Positions 42,395 through 51,878 are shown, counted from the first letter of the stretch. The stretch: DNA of 64,000 nt from Candidatus Yanofskybacteria bacterium (GCA_003151795.1 PLYL01000024.1:4953-68952); one strand, 5' to 3'. Numbers and translations: made by a program. The notes: a model not told the origin generated them from the letters alone.

Positions 42395-43927
42395 TTAAGA
42401 CCACCAGCACTTAACCCGAGTGGCCCGCAAAATTTCAGAATGGGTTTCTGGAGCGAAAACTGGGTCGGCGCGAAGCGCCGACACTAATGCATTCCCCCCG
42501 CCGAATTCAGAATCCAAAAGGGTTTTCCACGCTCCGCGTGGCTCAAAAAGTACGGTTCGATCCTTAATTTGAAAGTTCGAACCGACTTTTTTGAACAAAT
42601 GAGTATTTTCCTCATTTGTTCGGTCGTTTGCCAATTCCATATTGTATTTCAAAAACTTTTCCGTAAGTTCGAACCGATTATTCGCTTTTTGCTCAAAAGC
42701 CGATAATTTCTCTTTGAGAAGCTGATTTTGGTTAACCAACTTGTTTTTAGCTTCCCGATATTCTTCGAGCGACAACGCACTTTCGAGATAGGCACTCATC
42801 AGCTTCTCTATTTTGGAATCCAAAAGAGAAATATCGGCTTTTATACTATCTGCAAAAAGCGTACTCGATTGGACTTCCGATTGCCGATCTTTTGCATTTT
42901 CGGCAATCATCCATTCTGTCCAATCGAGAGGCAAAGAAACTTTTTTGATTTCCTCTTGAATTTGAGAAGTGATGAGCTCCTCACGAACATATCTCTGCGA
43001 GCAAGGATTTTTCCGTTTGGTACATCGCAAATAGTGATGTCCTTTTTGTTGCTCGGTAGTTATAAAACAGCCACATTCTCCGCAACGGAAAAATCCTCTG
43101 TAGATGTATGGCTTCAATCCTTTGCTATGCGGTTTAGATTTTCGGCTCATCACTTCTTGGACTGTATCAAAAAGTTTCTTTGTGATAATCGGTTCATGCT
43201 TACCTTCAAAAATCTCACCGTTATACCTCATGAGACCAGTGTAAATAGGATTTTTGAGAAGTTTTTGATAATTCGACACCGCAAGCTCTCTACCGCTTTT
43301 TCGCTTCAATCCAAGCGCGTTAAATTTGTCGCGGACTTCGCGCAAAGTGAAGTTTCCAGTTGCGTATGCCTCAAATGTCTTTTTAACTAAAATCGAAAGT
43401 TCGGGATGTGGCACGATACCTCTTCCTTTCTCGTTCACATATCCAATCGGAGACATTTGAGGCCATATTCCTTCCTTCACTTTGTTTCTATGTCCGCGCT
43501 TAATATTTTCAGATAAATTGTCCACATAATACTTGGATTGCGAAAAAGCGATTGAGAGCATGAATTTTCCTTGCGGTGTCGGATCAAACCAAAAAGTTGG
43601 GAATTTCATTTCTGAAATTACTCCAGTATCAACGAGGTAGATGATTTTCCCTCCATCTACCGAGTTGCGAGCAAGTCTATCGGGATGCCACGCCAAAATA
43701 CCAGACGCTTCGCCTTTTTCCATACGCGACATCATTTCATTAAACACCGGACGACCTGGTATTTTGGCGGTCTGCTTTTCGACAAAGACATCTACCACTT
43801 CCAGTTGTTCTTTCAACGCTAAATCTTTTAACTCACTTAGTTGGTCAGAAATACTGCGGACTTGTCTGTCTTTGTCGTCCGTAGACTTGCGAGTATATAT
43901 GAAAAACTTTTTGGTTTGATTATTCAT
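42395..43927 (-). CDS. Large serine recombinase whose 3' end crosses the att core
   Basis: YTRKSTD, DRLARN, CGEC..YLRC...C zinc ribbon, coiled coil. Confidence 0.93.
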   Translation of the reverse strand: MNNQTKKFFIYTRKSTDDKDRQVRSISDQLSELKDLALKEQLEVVDVFVEKQTAKIPGRPVFNEMMSRMEKGEASGILAWHPDRLARNSVDGGKIIYLVDTGVISEMKFPTFWFDPTPQGKFMLSIAFSQSKYYVDNLSENIKRGHRNKVKEGIWPQMSPIGYVNEKGRGIVPHPELSILVKKTFEAYATGNFTLREVRDKFNALGLKRKSGRELAVSNYQKLLKNPIYTGLMRYNGEIFEGKHEPIITKKLFDTVQEVMSRKSKPHSKGLKPYIYRGFFRCGECGCFITTEQQKGHHYLRCTKRKNPCSQRYVREELITSQIQEEIKKVSLPLDWTEWMIAENAKDRQSEVQSSTLFADSIKADISLLDSKIEKLMSAYLESALSLEEYREAKNKLVNQNQLLKEKLSAFEQKANNRFELTEKFLKYNMELANDRTNEENTHLFKKVGSNFQIKDRTVLFEPRGAWKTLLDSEFGGGNALVSALRADPVFAPETHSEILRATRVKCWWS

Positions 43928-44271
43928 AGAATTGTATTGGCAAACGACGAGCCACGCGGAGCGTGGAAAACCCTTTTGGATTCTGGATTCGGCGGGGGGA
44001 ATGCATTAGTGTCGGCGCTTCGCGCCGACCCAGATTTGCGTTCAGAAACCCTTTTCGAAAAATTGCGGTGTGTATTGAACGAAGTTCGAATGTATTTTGA
44101 ATTGAATCCTGATGCAGAATGATGCGCGCCTCGGACACGCTCGCGGACTCGCGTGTGCAAAAACCAAAAAATTTCCTTGCATTTTTCTCGCGTCTCCTCC
44201 CCCCACCCCTCCGCCGCGAAGCGGAAAAAGAAATGGAAAGGAAATTTTTGGTTTTGCTTCGCCGTAGTCAT
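43924..44271 (-). CDS. Possible leader ORF coupled to the recombinase
   Basis: TGnTAAACT 6 nt before ATG; TGA overlaps recombinase ATG; encoded by repeat DNA, may be non-coding. Confidence 0.3.
   Translation of the reverse strand: MTTAKQNQKFPFHFFFRFAAEGWGEETREKCKEIFWFLHTRVRERVRGAHHSASGFNSKYIRTSFNTHRNFSKRVSERKSGSARSADTNAFPPPNPESKRVFHAPRGSSFANTIL
43949..44265 (+). repeat. 317-bp inverted replica of the island 2 circle junction
   Basis: 43949-44068 = revcomp of 42425-42544; 44065-44265 = revcomp of 45970-46170 (one mismatch); halves share GCGG. Confidence 0.92.
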
Positions 44272-44339
44272 AAATTCAGTTTATCACAATAATCTAAAAT
44301 GGTATATTCCATTTCCGACTATATTATGTTAATATCTAT

Positions 44340-44558
44340 ATGTCGAAGAAATACCAAGCAAAATATCAACACCTTACCGCAAAACTCCGTTCCGCTCGCC
44401 AAGAGGCAGGTTTGACGCAAGTAGAGGCAGGAAAACTATTGAAGAAACCTCAGGCGTATGTTTCCAAGATAGAGCGGGGCGAGCGCGGAGTTGATGCGGT
44501 AGAATTAGCGGAGTTTGCAAAGGTCTACAAAAAAGATATTAACCATTTTATAAAATAA
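44340..44558 (+). CDS. XRE-family HTH regulator
   Basis: LRSARQEAGLTQ...G..L.KPQ.YVSKIERGER. Confidence 0.9.
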   Translation: MSKKYQAKYQHLTAKLRSARQEAGLTQVEAGKLLKKPQAYVSKIERGERGVDAVELAEFAKVYKKDINHFIK

Positions 44559-44562
44559 CAAT

Positions 44563-45195
44563 ATGACTATTCTTTACATATTTCTGGCAATAATTGCCTT
44601 CATACTTTGGAAAATTTATCGTCAAAAAGAAGACGAGAAACAAGCTACTGCTGATGAGAAATTTGACGCTGAATGGGAGATAAAGAAAGAAGCAGAGAAA
44701 AAAGAAAAATTTAAAGATTATCCTCATTTGATAGGAAATATGGACGATTCTTATCTCGAAATTTACGCTCATAGAAAAGAGTTAAATTTAAAACAGGCGT
44801 GGCAAAGTTATGCATATGAGGCTAATAATCCAAAATCAGACAGTGCGGAAGTAGATATGTTATTTCATTCGTTATGGGATATTACAGAGGAATTTCTTGA
44901 ACACTTAGAAAAATATCATGAAAGCACAAAACACGAATATGAAATAGCGATTAATAATTATTGGCGGATCGTTGCAGAAGAGGCCAAATCCTTTGATGGA
45001 AAAGATACTGAAACTATTAAAAAGATTTTTCAATCCTCACCATTTACCGATATACAAAAAATTGCTTTATGGTTTCCCAAAAAATCTAACCACTCAGAGA
45101 AAGAAATTACTTTTATCGACGAAAATGGTAATTTCCCCAGAAAGTCAGAGGGTTCTAAACTTATTGATGAACGGCTAAAAGCACTTGGACTTTAG
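44563..45195 (+). CDS. Hypothetical protein, N-terminal TM
   Basis: 210 aa ORF with hydrophobic N-terminus. Confidence 0.65.
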   Translation: MTILYIFLAIIAFILWKIYRQKEDEKQATADEKFDAEWEIKKEAEKKEKFKDYPHLIGNMDDSYLEIYAHRKELNLKQAWQSYAYEANNPKSDSAEVDMLFHSLWDITEEFLEHLEKYHESTKHEYEIAINNYWRIVAEEAKSFDGKDTETIKKIFQSSPFTDIQKIALWFPKKSNHSEKEITFIDENGNFPRKSEGSKLIDERLKALGL

Positions 45196-45199
45196 AGTA

Positions 45200-45712
45200 A
45201 TGTACCCTATGACTTTATCAGATTTTATTTTGCTAATCACGGGAATATTTATTGCATGGCAAGCGTGGGAAACACGCCAATTGGCGAAGCTGACGAGAAT
45301 TAAAGACCAACCACTTTTAGAAGTTGAATTTCAAAATAGTGGGGCAAAAGTCCAATTAAAAAATATCGGACAATCTCCCGCATATTCACCGTCAATCAGT
45401 TCGATTGAAATTGCAACAAACGAACATTTAGATTTTGACCCTTTGCACACTTCTCGCTTACCAATACAGCTCGGCGAAAGCCGAGAAGTATGGATGCATC
45501 ATCAGAAAGTAAATGAGGGATCAATCGGCGGTTTCGTTGAAAGCGCACCAGTTTTGAAAAACTTTTTAATAAATAAAGATACTCCCACAAAAATCACTCT
45601 GCAATATTTTGATAAAGATGGTGTTAAACTTTGTCGTGATTTATATATAAAAGTTAGTGGTAATAAAATAAGTGGAAACCAACAGATTTATACGACGACA
45701 AGTTGCGAGTAA
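45200..45712 (+). CDS. Hypothetical protein, N-terminal TM
   Basis: TM then LKNIG.SPA motif; start placed at ATG 45200. Confidence 0.65.
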   Translation: MYPMTLSDFILLITGIFIAWQAWETRQLAKLTRIKDQPLLEVEFQNSGAKVQLKNIGQSPAYSPSISSIEIATNEHLDFDPLHTSRLPIQLGESREVWMHHQKVNEGSIGGFVESAPVLKNFLINKDTPTKITLQYFDKDGVKLCRDLYIKVSGNKISGNQQIYTTTSCE

Positions 45713-45718
45713 GGGAGC

Positions 45719-45761
45719 AATCCCCGCCGTTTTATAATATCTCCTAAAAACGGCGGGGATT
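45719..45761. terminator. Terminator-like hairpin
   Basis: aatccccgccgtttt ... aaaacggcggggatt. Confidence 0.65.
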
Positions 45762-46194
45762 TGTGCGCGCACAGGGCGGGTGGGGCAAGCACATACAGAT
45801 TTGTTTGTGCCATGCACAATCCGCTTTATGAGTTAGCACGACCAGTGAACGAAGCCACAGAGTCTCAAGTTACCACTAAACGCGGAGAGGAAGCGCCTCG
45901 GTCGCCGTGAGGGTGGAGAAAAGAGCAAACAAAAATGTTAAAATAAGATTGCTCTTTTCGGAGACTGAAACGGCGAAGCAAAACCAAAAATTTCCTTTCC
46001 ATTTCTTTTTCCGCTTCGCGGCGGAGGGGTGGGGGGAGGAGACGCGAGAAAAATGCAAGGAAATTTTTTGGTTTTTGCACACGCGAGTCCGCGAGCGTGT
46101 CCGAGGCGCGCATCATTCTGCATCAGGATTCAATTCAAAATACATTCGAACTTTGTTCAATACACACCGCCAATGGTTTTTTGGTGATAAACCG

Positions 46195-46249
46195 CACTGA
46201 TTAAGCTTAAAAATCGCTATTGACTTTTAGTCTTAATCAGTGATACAAT
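46195..46249 (+). promoter_or_regulatory. Promoter with overlapping 11-bp inverted repeat
   Basis: TTGACT-N18-TACAAT; cactgattaag / cttaatcagtg. Confidence 0.55.
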
Positions 46250-46318
46250 CGAAAGGTTAAAGATCTTGGAGTCCACAAGTCGTGGAATCTGGACAATTCA
46301 ATAAAAGGAGAGGGAGCG

Positions 46319-46507
46319 ATGGACGGAGTATACATTCGAATTCCACGACGGGATACGCGGCCAGTTCGATGGTCGGTCATCATCTGCCGTCGGATCTGGC
46401 ATGACTATCACTGGTCCATCATCGCGGCGATTGTAATGATCTCGTTGATGGCGTACATCGGGTGGCGCTATCCGTCGCCTGCGCCGGGGTGGATTTCGAT
46501 TCAATAG
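46319..46507 (+). CDS. Small single-TM protein (stand-alone cassette)
   Basis: AGGAG/GGAG upstream, TM segment, downstream terminator. Confidence 0.5.
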   Translation: MDGVYIRIPRRDTRPVRWSVIICRRIWHDYHWSIIAAIVMISLMAYIGWRYPSPAPGWISIQ

Positions 46508-46608
46508 GCCGGAGCGGACAGAGGCGGGCGACATCCATAGGATAGTATATATCCGTGTGTGCCGCCCGGCCTCTTTTTTTTATTTTGATAATCCGATAGG
46601 CTATTCAC

Positions 46609-48651
46609 ATGGCGGAAGATAATGTTTCTAAAATCAAGGACCGGCTAGATGTGGTCGAGGTGTTGAGCGGGTACATGAAACTCCAGAAGGCGGGGATTAA
46701 TTATAAAGGCCGGTGTCCGTTTCATAATGAAAAGACGCCGTCGTTTTTTGTTTCGCCGGAGCGGCAGATTTGGCATTGCTTCGGCTGTGCCAAGGGCGGA
46801 GATATGTTCGAATTCGTGAAAGAAATCGAAGGCGTCGAATTTCGAGAAGCGTTGAAAATTCTCGCGTCGAAAGCGGGCGTCGAACTGGAGCAGTTTCAGC
46901 CTCGGCCCGGCGAGAGCGTGGACGCCAAACAAAAGCTCTATGAAATCACGGAACTGGCGACGAAGTTTTTTGAAAAGCAGTTCCAATCATCGACAGGCAA
47001 AGAAGCGCTCGCGTATTTGCGTGACCGCGGTTTAACCGACACGACCATCGCTGAATTCCGTCTCGGCTGGGCGCCCAACGATTGGGAAGCGCTTTCGAAT
47101 TATTTACAAACTAGAGGTTATCAAGAAAAAGAGATTGTCGACGCGGGTCTGGCGATTAAAAGAGGGGCGAACAATGAACAAGGAACAATGAACAACAGGC
47201 AAGGGGTTTATGACCGCTTTCGAAGCCGGATTATGTTCCCGATTTTTGAAGTGACCGGACAGGTAGTAGGATTCACAGCTCGAGTCTTTGCCGCGCCCTC
47301 CGTAGCTTTAGCGAAGGACGGGAACCGCCAAGAGGATAACTCTATTGACCAACCGGCCCATGTTGTGGCAAAATACGTGAACACCCCCCAAACGCTGATC
47401 TATGACAAAAGCCGGGTTCTATACGGCCTTTCTAAGGCTAAAATAGATATTAAGAAATCGGACCGATGTATCCTGGTCGAGGGCAATATGGACGCCCTCA
47501 TGTCCTACCAGGCCGGCGTACGCAATGTCGTCGCCTCATCCGGCACCGCCCTTACTCCTGCCCATTTAAGGCTTTTGCAGCGCTATACAAAAAATTTGGG
47601 GTTTTGTTTCGATACGGATCAAGCCGGAGCCATGGCCACGCGCCGAGGCATCGGTTTGGCGTTAGCTCAACAATTTAATATCAGCATACTCGAGATTAAA
47701 GATCCCGAGTGCAAAGACCCAGCCGATTATGTAAAAAAATACCCCGCCGGTGCAAGCACCAGCGGGGCAGGCGGCCCCTCGTGGCCAAAAGTAGTTGCTG
47801 AAGCCAAGCCAGTGATAGACTACTATTTCGACCGCGCCCGTTCTTCCTACAATCCGACTTCAGCCGAAAGCAAGAAGCAGATTATTTCCGCCGTCGCGCC
47901 TTTCATCAAGCGCCTCGCCGGAAATGTCGAGCGGGCCCACTGGGTTGCCCAGCTGTCTTCATTGTTGCGCGTGCCTGAATCGGCCATCAGCGCCGACATC
48001 GCGGCGTTTAAAGACGACCTCGACGCCTACGTGCGCGAAACCGGCGCTTCGGAAGCGCCGGCGACCGCTCAAGTTACCGCCCTCCGCGAAGCGCCCGACG
48101 TAATCAATGAAATGATCCTTTCTCTCGTCTTGAAAGCGCCGACGCTTCTGCGAAATGAAATCATAGCCATCCCCGATGATTTGGTTGATGACCGGATTAT
48201 GAATATCATTCGTCAAGCGGTAGAGTCCGAACCCTTTGAGTTTAAAACGTTTGTCGCTTGTTTTGCCGGCGAGGAGGCTCTCCAGCTCGAATTCGCCCAC
48301 CTGCGGTCCCAAGAGCTATGGCAAGGATTCGACGACGAGACGCTGAAAATCGAGTTTCATAATGTCATCAATACGGCCCGGCGCCGGGCCATCAACGCTC
48401 GGCTGACCAACCTCCAGTTTGACGTGAAGGAGGCCGAGGCCGGCAAAGACCGGAATCGGCTGGCCCAGCTCGCCGGCGAGTTCAATGAACTGGCCCGACA
48501 ATTAATTCTTACCCATCACCCATATGGCCCAAAAGAAAAAAACCAAGAAACCCCGCAAGAAAAAGCCGTCAGTCCGGAAACCAAAATCGAAGCCGAAAAC
48601 CAAGCCCGCCCTCGGCAAGCCGAAGGCGAGGCCGGGGAAGCCGTCGTCTAG
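46609..48651 (+). CDS. dnaG: DNA primase
   Basis: CPFH.EKTPSF...CFGC, RIMFPI, KY.NTP.T, VEG.MD, FDTD.AG, KDPAD. Confidence 0.96.
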   Translation: MAEDNVSKIKDRLDVVEVLSGYMKLQKAGINYKGRCPFHNEKTPSFFVSPERQIWHCFGCAKGGDMFEFVKEIEGVEFREALKILASKAGVELEQFQPRPGESVDAKQKLYEITELATKFFEKQFQSSTGKEALAYLRDRGLTDTTIAEFRLGWAPNDWEALSNYLQTRGYQEKEIVDAGLAIKRGANNEQGTMNNRQGVYDRFRSRIMFPIFEVTGQVVGFTARVFAAPSVALAKDGNRQEDNSIDQPAHVVAKYVNTPQTLIYDKSRVLYGLSKAKIDIKKSDRCILVEGNMDALMSYQAGVRNVVASSGTALTPAHLRLLQRYTKNLGFCFDTDQAGAMATRRGIGLALAQQFNISILEIKDPECKDPADYVKKYPAGASTSGAGGPSWPKVVAEAKPVIDYYFDRARSSYNPTSAESKKQIISAVAPFIKRLAGNVERAHWVAQLSSLLRVPESAISADIAAFKDDLDAYVRETGASEAPATAQVTALREAPDVINEMILSLVLKAPTLLRNEIIAIPDDLVDDRIMNIIRQAVESEPFEFKTFVACFAGEEALQLEFAHLRSQELWQGFDDETLKIEFHNVINTARRRAINARLTNLQFDVKEAEAGKDRNRLAQLAGEFNELARQLILTHHPYGPKEKNQETPQEKAVSPETKIEAENQARPRQAEGEAGEAVV

Positions 48652-49759
48652 GCCCGCGGTCAAAAAAAACAAGAACGCTATCAGTGAAAGCGCCATCGCG
48701 GCTATCATCGAAAAAGGCCGGCATCGCGGTTTTATCACCCAGGTGGAAGTGCTCAACGCCTTCCCGAATATCGAGAAGGATATTAACGGCCTAGAAGCGC
48801 TTTATGAGCGTTTAGAAGCTTCAAACATCAATATCATCGAGTCGGGCCGGGTCTTTGAAGACGGCAAGAATAAAGAATACGACGAGAAGAAAAAGATTCA
48901 GGATGAGTTCGGCGAATCGACCTCCGATTCGGTCCAGATGTACCTCAAAGAAATCGGCCAGTATCCCTTGTTGAACGGCGAAGAAGAGGTTGAACTCGCT
49001 AAGCGTATTTTGAAAGGCGACGAAGCGGCCCGCCAAAAGCTCGCGCTCTCCAATCTTCGGCTTGTCGTTTCAATCGCCAAAAAATATGTCGGCCGGTCGG
49101 CGAACTTAACCCTGCTCGATTTAATCCAAGAGGGGAATATCGGCTTGTTTAAAGCCGTCGAAAAATTTGATTTCACGCGCGGATTTAAATTCTCGACTTA
49201 CGCCACCTGGTGGATTCGCCAAGCCATTACCCGCGCCTTGGCCGACCAAGGCCGAACCATCCGGATTCCGGTGCACATGGTGGAAACGATTAACAAGTAC
49301 CAGCAAGTTGTCCGCCGGCTCGTGCAAGATTTGGGCCGGGAACCGATGCCCGAAGAAGTGGCGTCGGAGATGGGCGTTGAAGTCGACAAGATTCGGCACA
49401 TCATGAAAATCTCGCAGGAGACCATTTCCCTCGAAGCGCCGGTCGGCGACGGCGATGACGGCGACAGCGACAGCTCGCTCGAGAATTTTATTCCTGACGA
49501 CGATACCATTTCGCCGTCTACTTCAGCGGCCCGCAAGATTCTCAAGGGCTACATTAATGAAATTATCGGCGACCTCACGCCCCGCGAGCAGAAGATTCTC
49601 GATATGCGCTTCGGCCTGACCGACGGCGTGACCCACACCCTGGAAGAAGTCGGCAAAGTCTTCGCCGTGACCCGCGAACGCATCCGCCAAATCGAAGCCA
49701 AAGCCCTCGATAAAATCCGCGGCCATCATAAGCTTTCTAAACTCAAAGGCTACGAATAA
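48524..49759 (+). CDS. rpoD: RNA polymerase primary sigma factor
   Basis: [45 protein letters not shown]; Lys-rich N-terminus. Confidence 0.97.
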   Translation: MAQKKKTKKPRKKKPSVRKPKSKPKTKPALGKPKARPGKPSSRPAVKKNKNAISESAIAAIIEKGRHRGFITQVEVLNAFPNIEKDINGLEALYERLEASNINIIESGRVFEDGKNKEYDEKKKIQDEFGESTSDSVQMYLKEIGQYPLLNGEEEVELAKRILKGDEAARQKLALSNLRLVVSIAKKYVGRSANLTLLDLIQEGNIGLFKAVEKFDFTRGFKFSTYATWWIRQAITRALADQGRTIRIPVHMVETINKYQQVVRRLVQDLGREPMPEEVASEMGVEVDKIRHIMKISQETISLEAPVGDGDDGDSDSSLENFIPDDDTISPSTSAARKILKGYINEIIGDLTPREQKILDMRFGLTDGVTHTLEEVGKVFAVTRERIRQIEAKALDKIRGHHKLSKLKGYE

Positions 49760-49793
49760 CAAAACCGGTCGCCTTAGGCGGCCAGTTTTGTTA
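49757..49793. terminator. Terminator-like hairpin after rpoD
   Basis: taacaaaaccggtcgcc-tta-ggcggccagttttgtta. Confidence 0.6.
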
Positions 49794-49802
49794 TAGTGAG
49801 GC

Positions 49803-50312
49803 ATGCAAGCCTGGCTCGGAACTACATTTATCTTTTTGGTCCAAGAAACCGCCTCGACCACGGCGCGGCTGGCTTTTCTGCATGGCCAAGGCGTTAATTC
49901 ATGGTTGCTCCTGATTTTATTTACCCTAGTAACGATGGCCGACATTGGCCTCGGCTTCGCGGCGGGCCGGTATCTTCATTCGCGGTTTCTCCACGGCTCT
50001 CGGTTTGAACGTTGGGTCAAGCGCGAAGCGGGATTTCTTAAACAGCATCATTGGGGGTATCTTCTGACGCTCTCGGGCATCGTTAACTTTCCGTATTTGA
50101 ATGCGGTCTTCGGTTCCTGGATGGATTTGCCGTTCTGGCGGGTGTTTCTGGCCACGCTCGTCGGAGATTTAATCGCTTACGCCCTGTATTGGGGATTTGC
50201 TTTGGGCATCGTCCAGCTCTCGATTAATATTTATCTTGGCACCGCGCTGGTGCTTATCGTCGTGCTGGGCTTGATGGTTCTTTTAAGAAAATATTTTTTC
50301 GTGAGATTCTAG
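49803..50312 (+). CDS. DedA/VTT-like membrane protein
   Basis: Multiple TMs, FWRVFLATLVGD. Confidence 0.55.
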   Translation: MQAWLGTTFIFLVQETASTTARLAFLHGQGVNSWLLLILFTLVTMADIGLGFAAGRYLHSRFLHGSRFERWVKREAGFLKQHHWGYLLTLSGIVNFPYLNAVFGSWMDLPFWRVFLATLVGDLIAYALYWGFALGIVQLSINIYLGTALVLIVVLGLMVLLRKYFFVRF

Positions 50313-50364
50313 CCGGCCGAGCGGAACGACTTGAAAAAACCCCAAACTCCTCTACACTAGGACT

Positions 50365-51090
50365 ATGCTCCAGGATTTAAAGAAGAAAAAGTCATTGCTC
50401 GTGATTCGCAATCTGGTTATAGCCGAAGTCTTGGCCTACGGCGTGTTTATGATCGTGGCGCTTTCGGCCTATTGGGCCCAGATTTATCGGGGATTTGCCA
50501 TCTCTCGCTATCTCTCATTTACGGTGCTGGAATTTACGGGTCTGGGGATTATCCAGATTGCCATCATTGTGGCGGTAGTTACAAAATCAGTCCGCGAAGA
50601 ATCGGACATTAAAGACATCATTCGGACGGGTGAACACGAACGGCTTGAATTTAAGACGTCCCTACGCTGGGACGTGAAGCGCGACCAAGTGAATAAAGAT
50701 CTCGAACGTGGTGTAATGAAAACCATTACCGCGTTTTTGAATTCAAAGGGCGGGAACTTAGTCATTGGCGTCGACGACCACAGCCAAATCTACGGTCTTG
50801 AGTCGGACATGGCCTCGCTCGCCAAACAAAATCACGACGGGTTTGAAAACCATTTTAATAATCTTTTTGTCTCAATGATTGGCCCCGAGTTTCGCCAGTA
50901 CGTGAAACTTTCATTTCACTATATTGGCAATCAAAGCGTGAGTTTGGTGGAAGTGAAACAAGCGCATCAGCCCGCGTATTTAAAGACCGAGAAAGGAGAG
51001 GACTTCTTTATCCGCACTGGCAACGCCACGACGTCGCTCAAAGTCAGCCAAGTCGCGCCCTATATTTCTTCGCAGTGGCGCAATAACTAA
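50365..51090 (+). CDS. Membrane-anchored Schlafen/AlbA_2 domain protein
   Basis: 2 TM, GEHERLEFK, AFLNS.GG.L.IGV.D, R.GN.T. Confidence 0.85.
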   Translation: MLQDLKKKKSLLVIRNLVIAEVLAYGVFMIVALSAYWAQIYRGFAISRYLSFTVLEFTGLGIIQIAIIVAVVTKSVREESDIKDIIRTGEHERLEFKTSLRWDVKRDQVNKDLERGVMKTITAFLNSKGGNLVIGVDDHSQIYGLESDMASLAKQNHDGFENHFNNLFVSMIGPEFRQYVKLSFHYIGNQSVSLVEVKQAHQPAYLKTEKGEDFFIRTGNATTSLKVSQVAPYISSQWRNN

Positions 51091-51401
51091 TAGGAGAGGA
51101 GAATACTAATTTCTGTGAGGTTCTGGCAATCAAGCTGGACCAGGCCGTCTTGATTTTCGCCGATGATAAAGCAGGAATTATCGCTTCCCGTCACTTTCAT
51201 GAGATGATTGGCAATCCACTGGCCGTGCCAAGTGATTTGGGCGGCGGAATCCGTGAGCTCCCAGTTCCCGCCGTCTTGAACGGTGGCCTGAACTTGGCCG
51301 GTATTTACTGATTCGCTGGCATGGATAAAAAAGGGCATTAAAAGGCCGATAAATAAGACCGCCAACCGGAGGTTGTGCCCAAAGAAGCACTTTCTGAACA
51401 T
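51087..51401 (-). CDS. Hypothetical secreted protein
   Basis: Signal-peptide-like N-terminus from ATG 51401; TTGACT-N17-TATAAT promoter at 51409-51437. Confidence 0.55.
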   Translation of the reverse strand: MFRKCFFGHNLRLAVLFIGLLMPFFIHASESVNTGQVQATVQDGGNWELTDSAAQITWHGQWIANHLMKVTGSDNSCFIIGENQDGLVQLDCQNLTEISILLSY

Positions 51402-51515
51402 GTTGCATATTATACACGAGTACCAATTAAAAGTCAAGTCAAGACTTGGGAGGAGTTTTTGACGGTTGAGTTTGTTGGTATATTTTGTTACTATACATAA
51501 ACAATTGAATATTAT

Positions 51516-51790
51516 TCCGCGGTAGCTCAATGGTAGAGCGGCGCCCTGTAGACAAAACTTGCAGCTCTTTGAGGAAACTCAAGGATGAACTTTTCGGGAT
51601 AACGGTGAAAGCTACGTCGAAAGATATGCTAATACCGTGGGAACTTCAGCCAGTGCTGGAGAGCGCCGTAGAGACTAGATACCGAAGATCCGTAATGAGA
51701 AATCAACGGATAAGATATAGTCCACCCCATATCGAAAGCTATGGATTATGTGTAAGGCGATGGTTCCAGGTTCGAGTCCTGGCCGCGGAG
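51516..51790 (+). tRNA. tRNA-Asn(GTT) split by a group I intron (exons 51516-51549, 51753-51790)
   Basis: Joined exons fold to a cloverleaf with loop CTGT^TAA and discriminator G. Confidence 0.9.
51550..51752 (+). ncRNA. Group I self-splicing intron, 203 nt
   Basis: 5' exon ends in U, IGS GCAG pairs CTGT with U.G, P7 GAGACTA/TAGTCC, terminal G. Confidence 0.88.
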
Positions 51791-51795
51791 CAAAC

Positions 51796-51826
51796 GAAAA
51801 AATCCTGATTTTATCAGGATTTTTTC
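51796..51826 (+). terminator. Terminator after tRNA-Asn
   Basis: gaaaaaatcctgat / atcaggattttttc. Confidence 0.65.
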
Positions 51827-51878
51827 TTGGACGGCAAATGGACTTTAGAACCAGAAACGAGTAAAATGAGGTAAAATC

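Larger units (their letters stand above)
18621..42429. mobile_element. Island 1: serine-recombinase island with R-M/defence cargo and terminase-methylase module
   Basis: Starts at tRNA-Ser 3' end; CCGCA at 18621-18625 and 42425-42429; 15-bp repeat agacccgagtgcctc near both ends (18645, 42337); recombinase at left end; visibly more AT-rich cargo. Confidence 0.8.
42425..46170. mobile_element. Island 2: ~3.7-kb serine-recombinase element with internal inverted replica of its junction
   Basis: CCGC at both ends; both ends match 43949-44265 in inverted orientation. Confidence 0.85.

Noticed and set aside
18621-42429. Complete prophage
   Set aside because: No recognisable capsid, portal, tail or lysis genes.
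42728-43390. 220-aa + strand ORF and similar antisense ORFs in trpS, rnj, groEL, htpX, rpoD
   Set aside because: Antisense to well-supported genes; no motifs.
43949-46170. Inverted repeats as IS ends or pure assembly artefact
   Set aside because: No transposase or target duplication; copies carry substitutions and join exactly at the core. Read-level confirmation is still needed.
45865-46200. Several short ORFs on both strands
   Set aside because: Shadows of the 201-bp repeat, without expression signals.
51530-51808. 92-aa ORF
   Set aside because: Overlies tRNA-Asn and its intron; no homing endonuclease motif.
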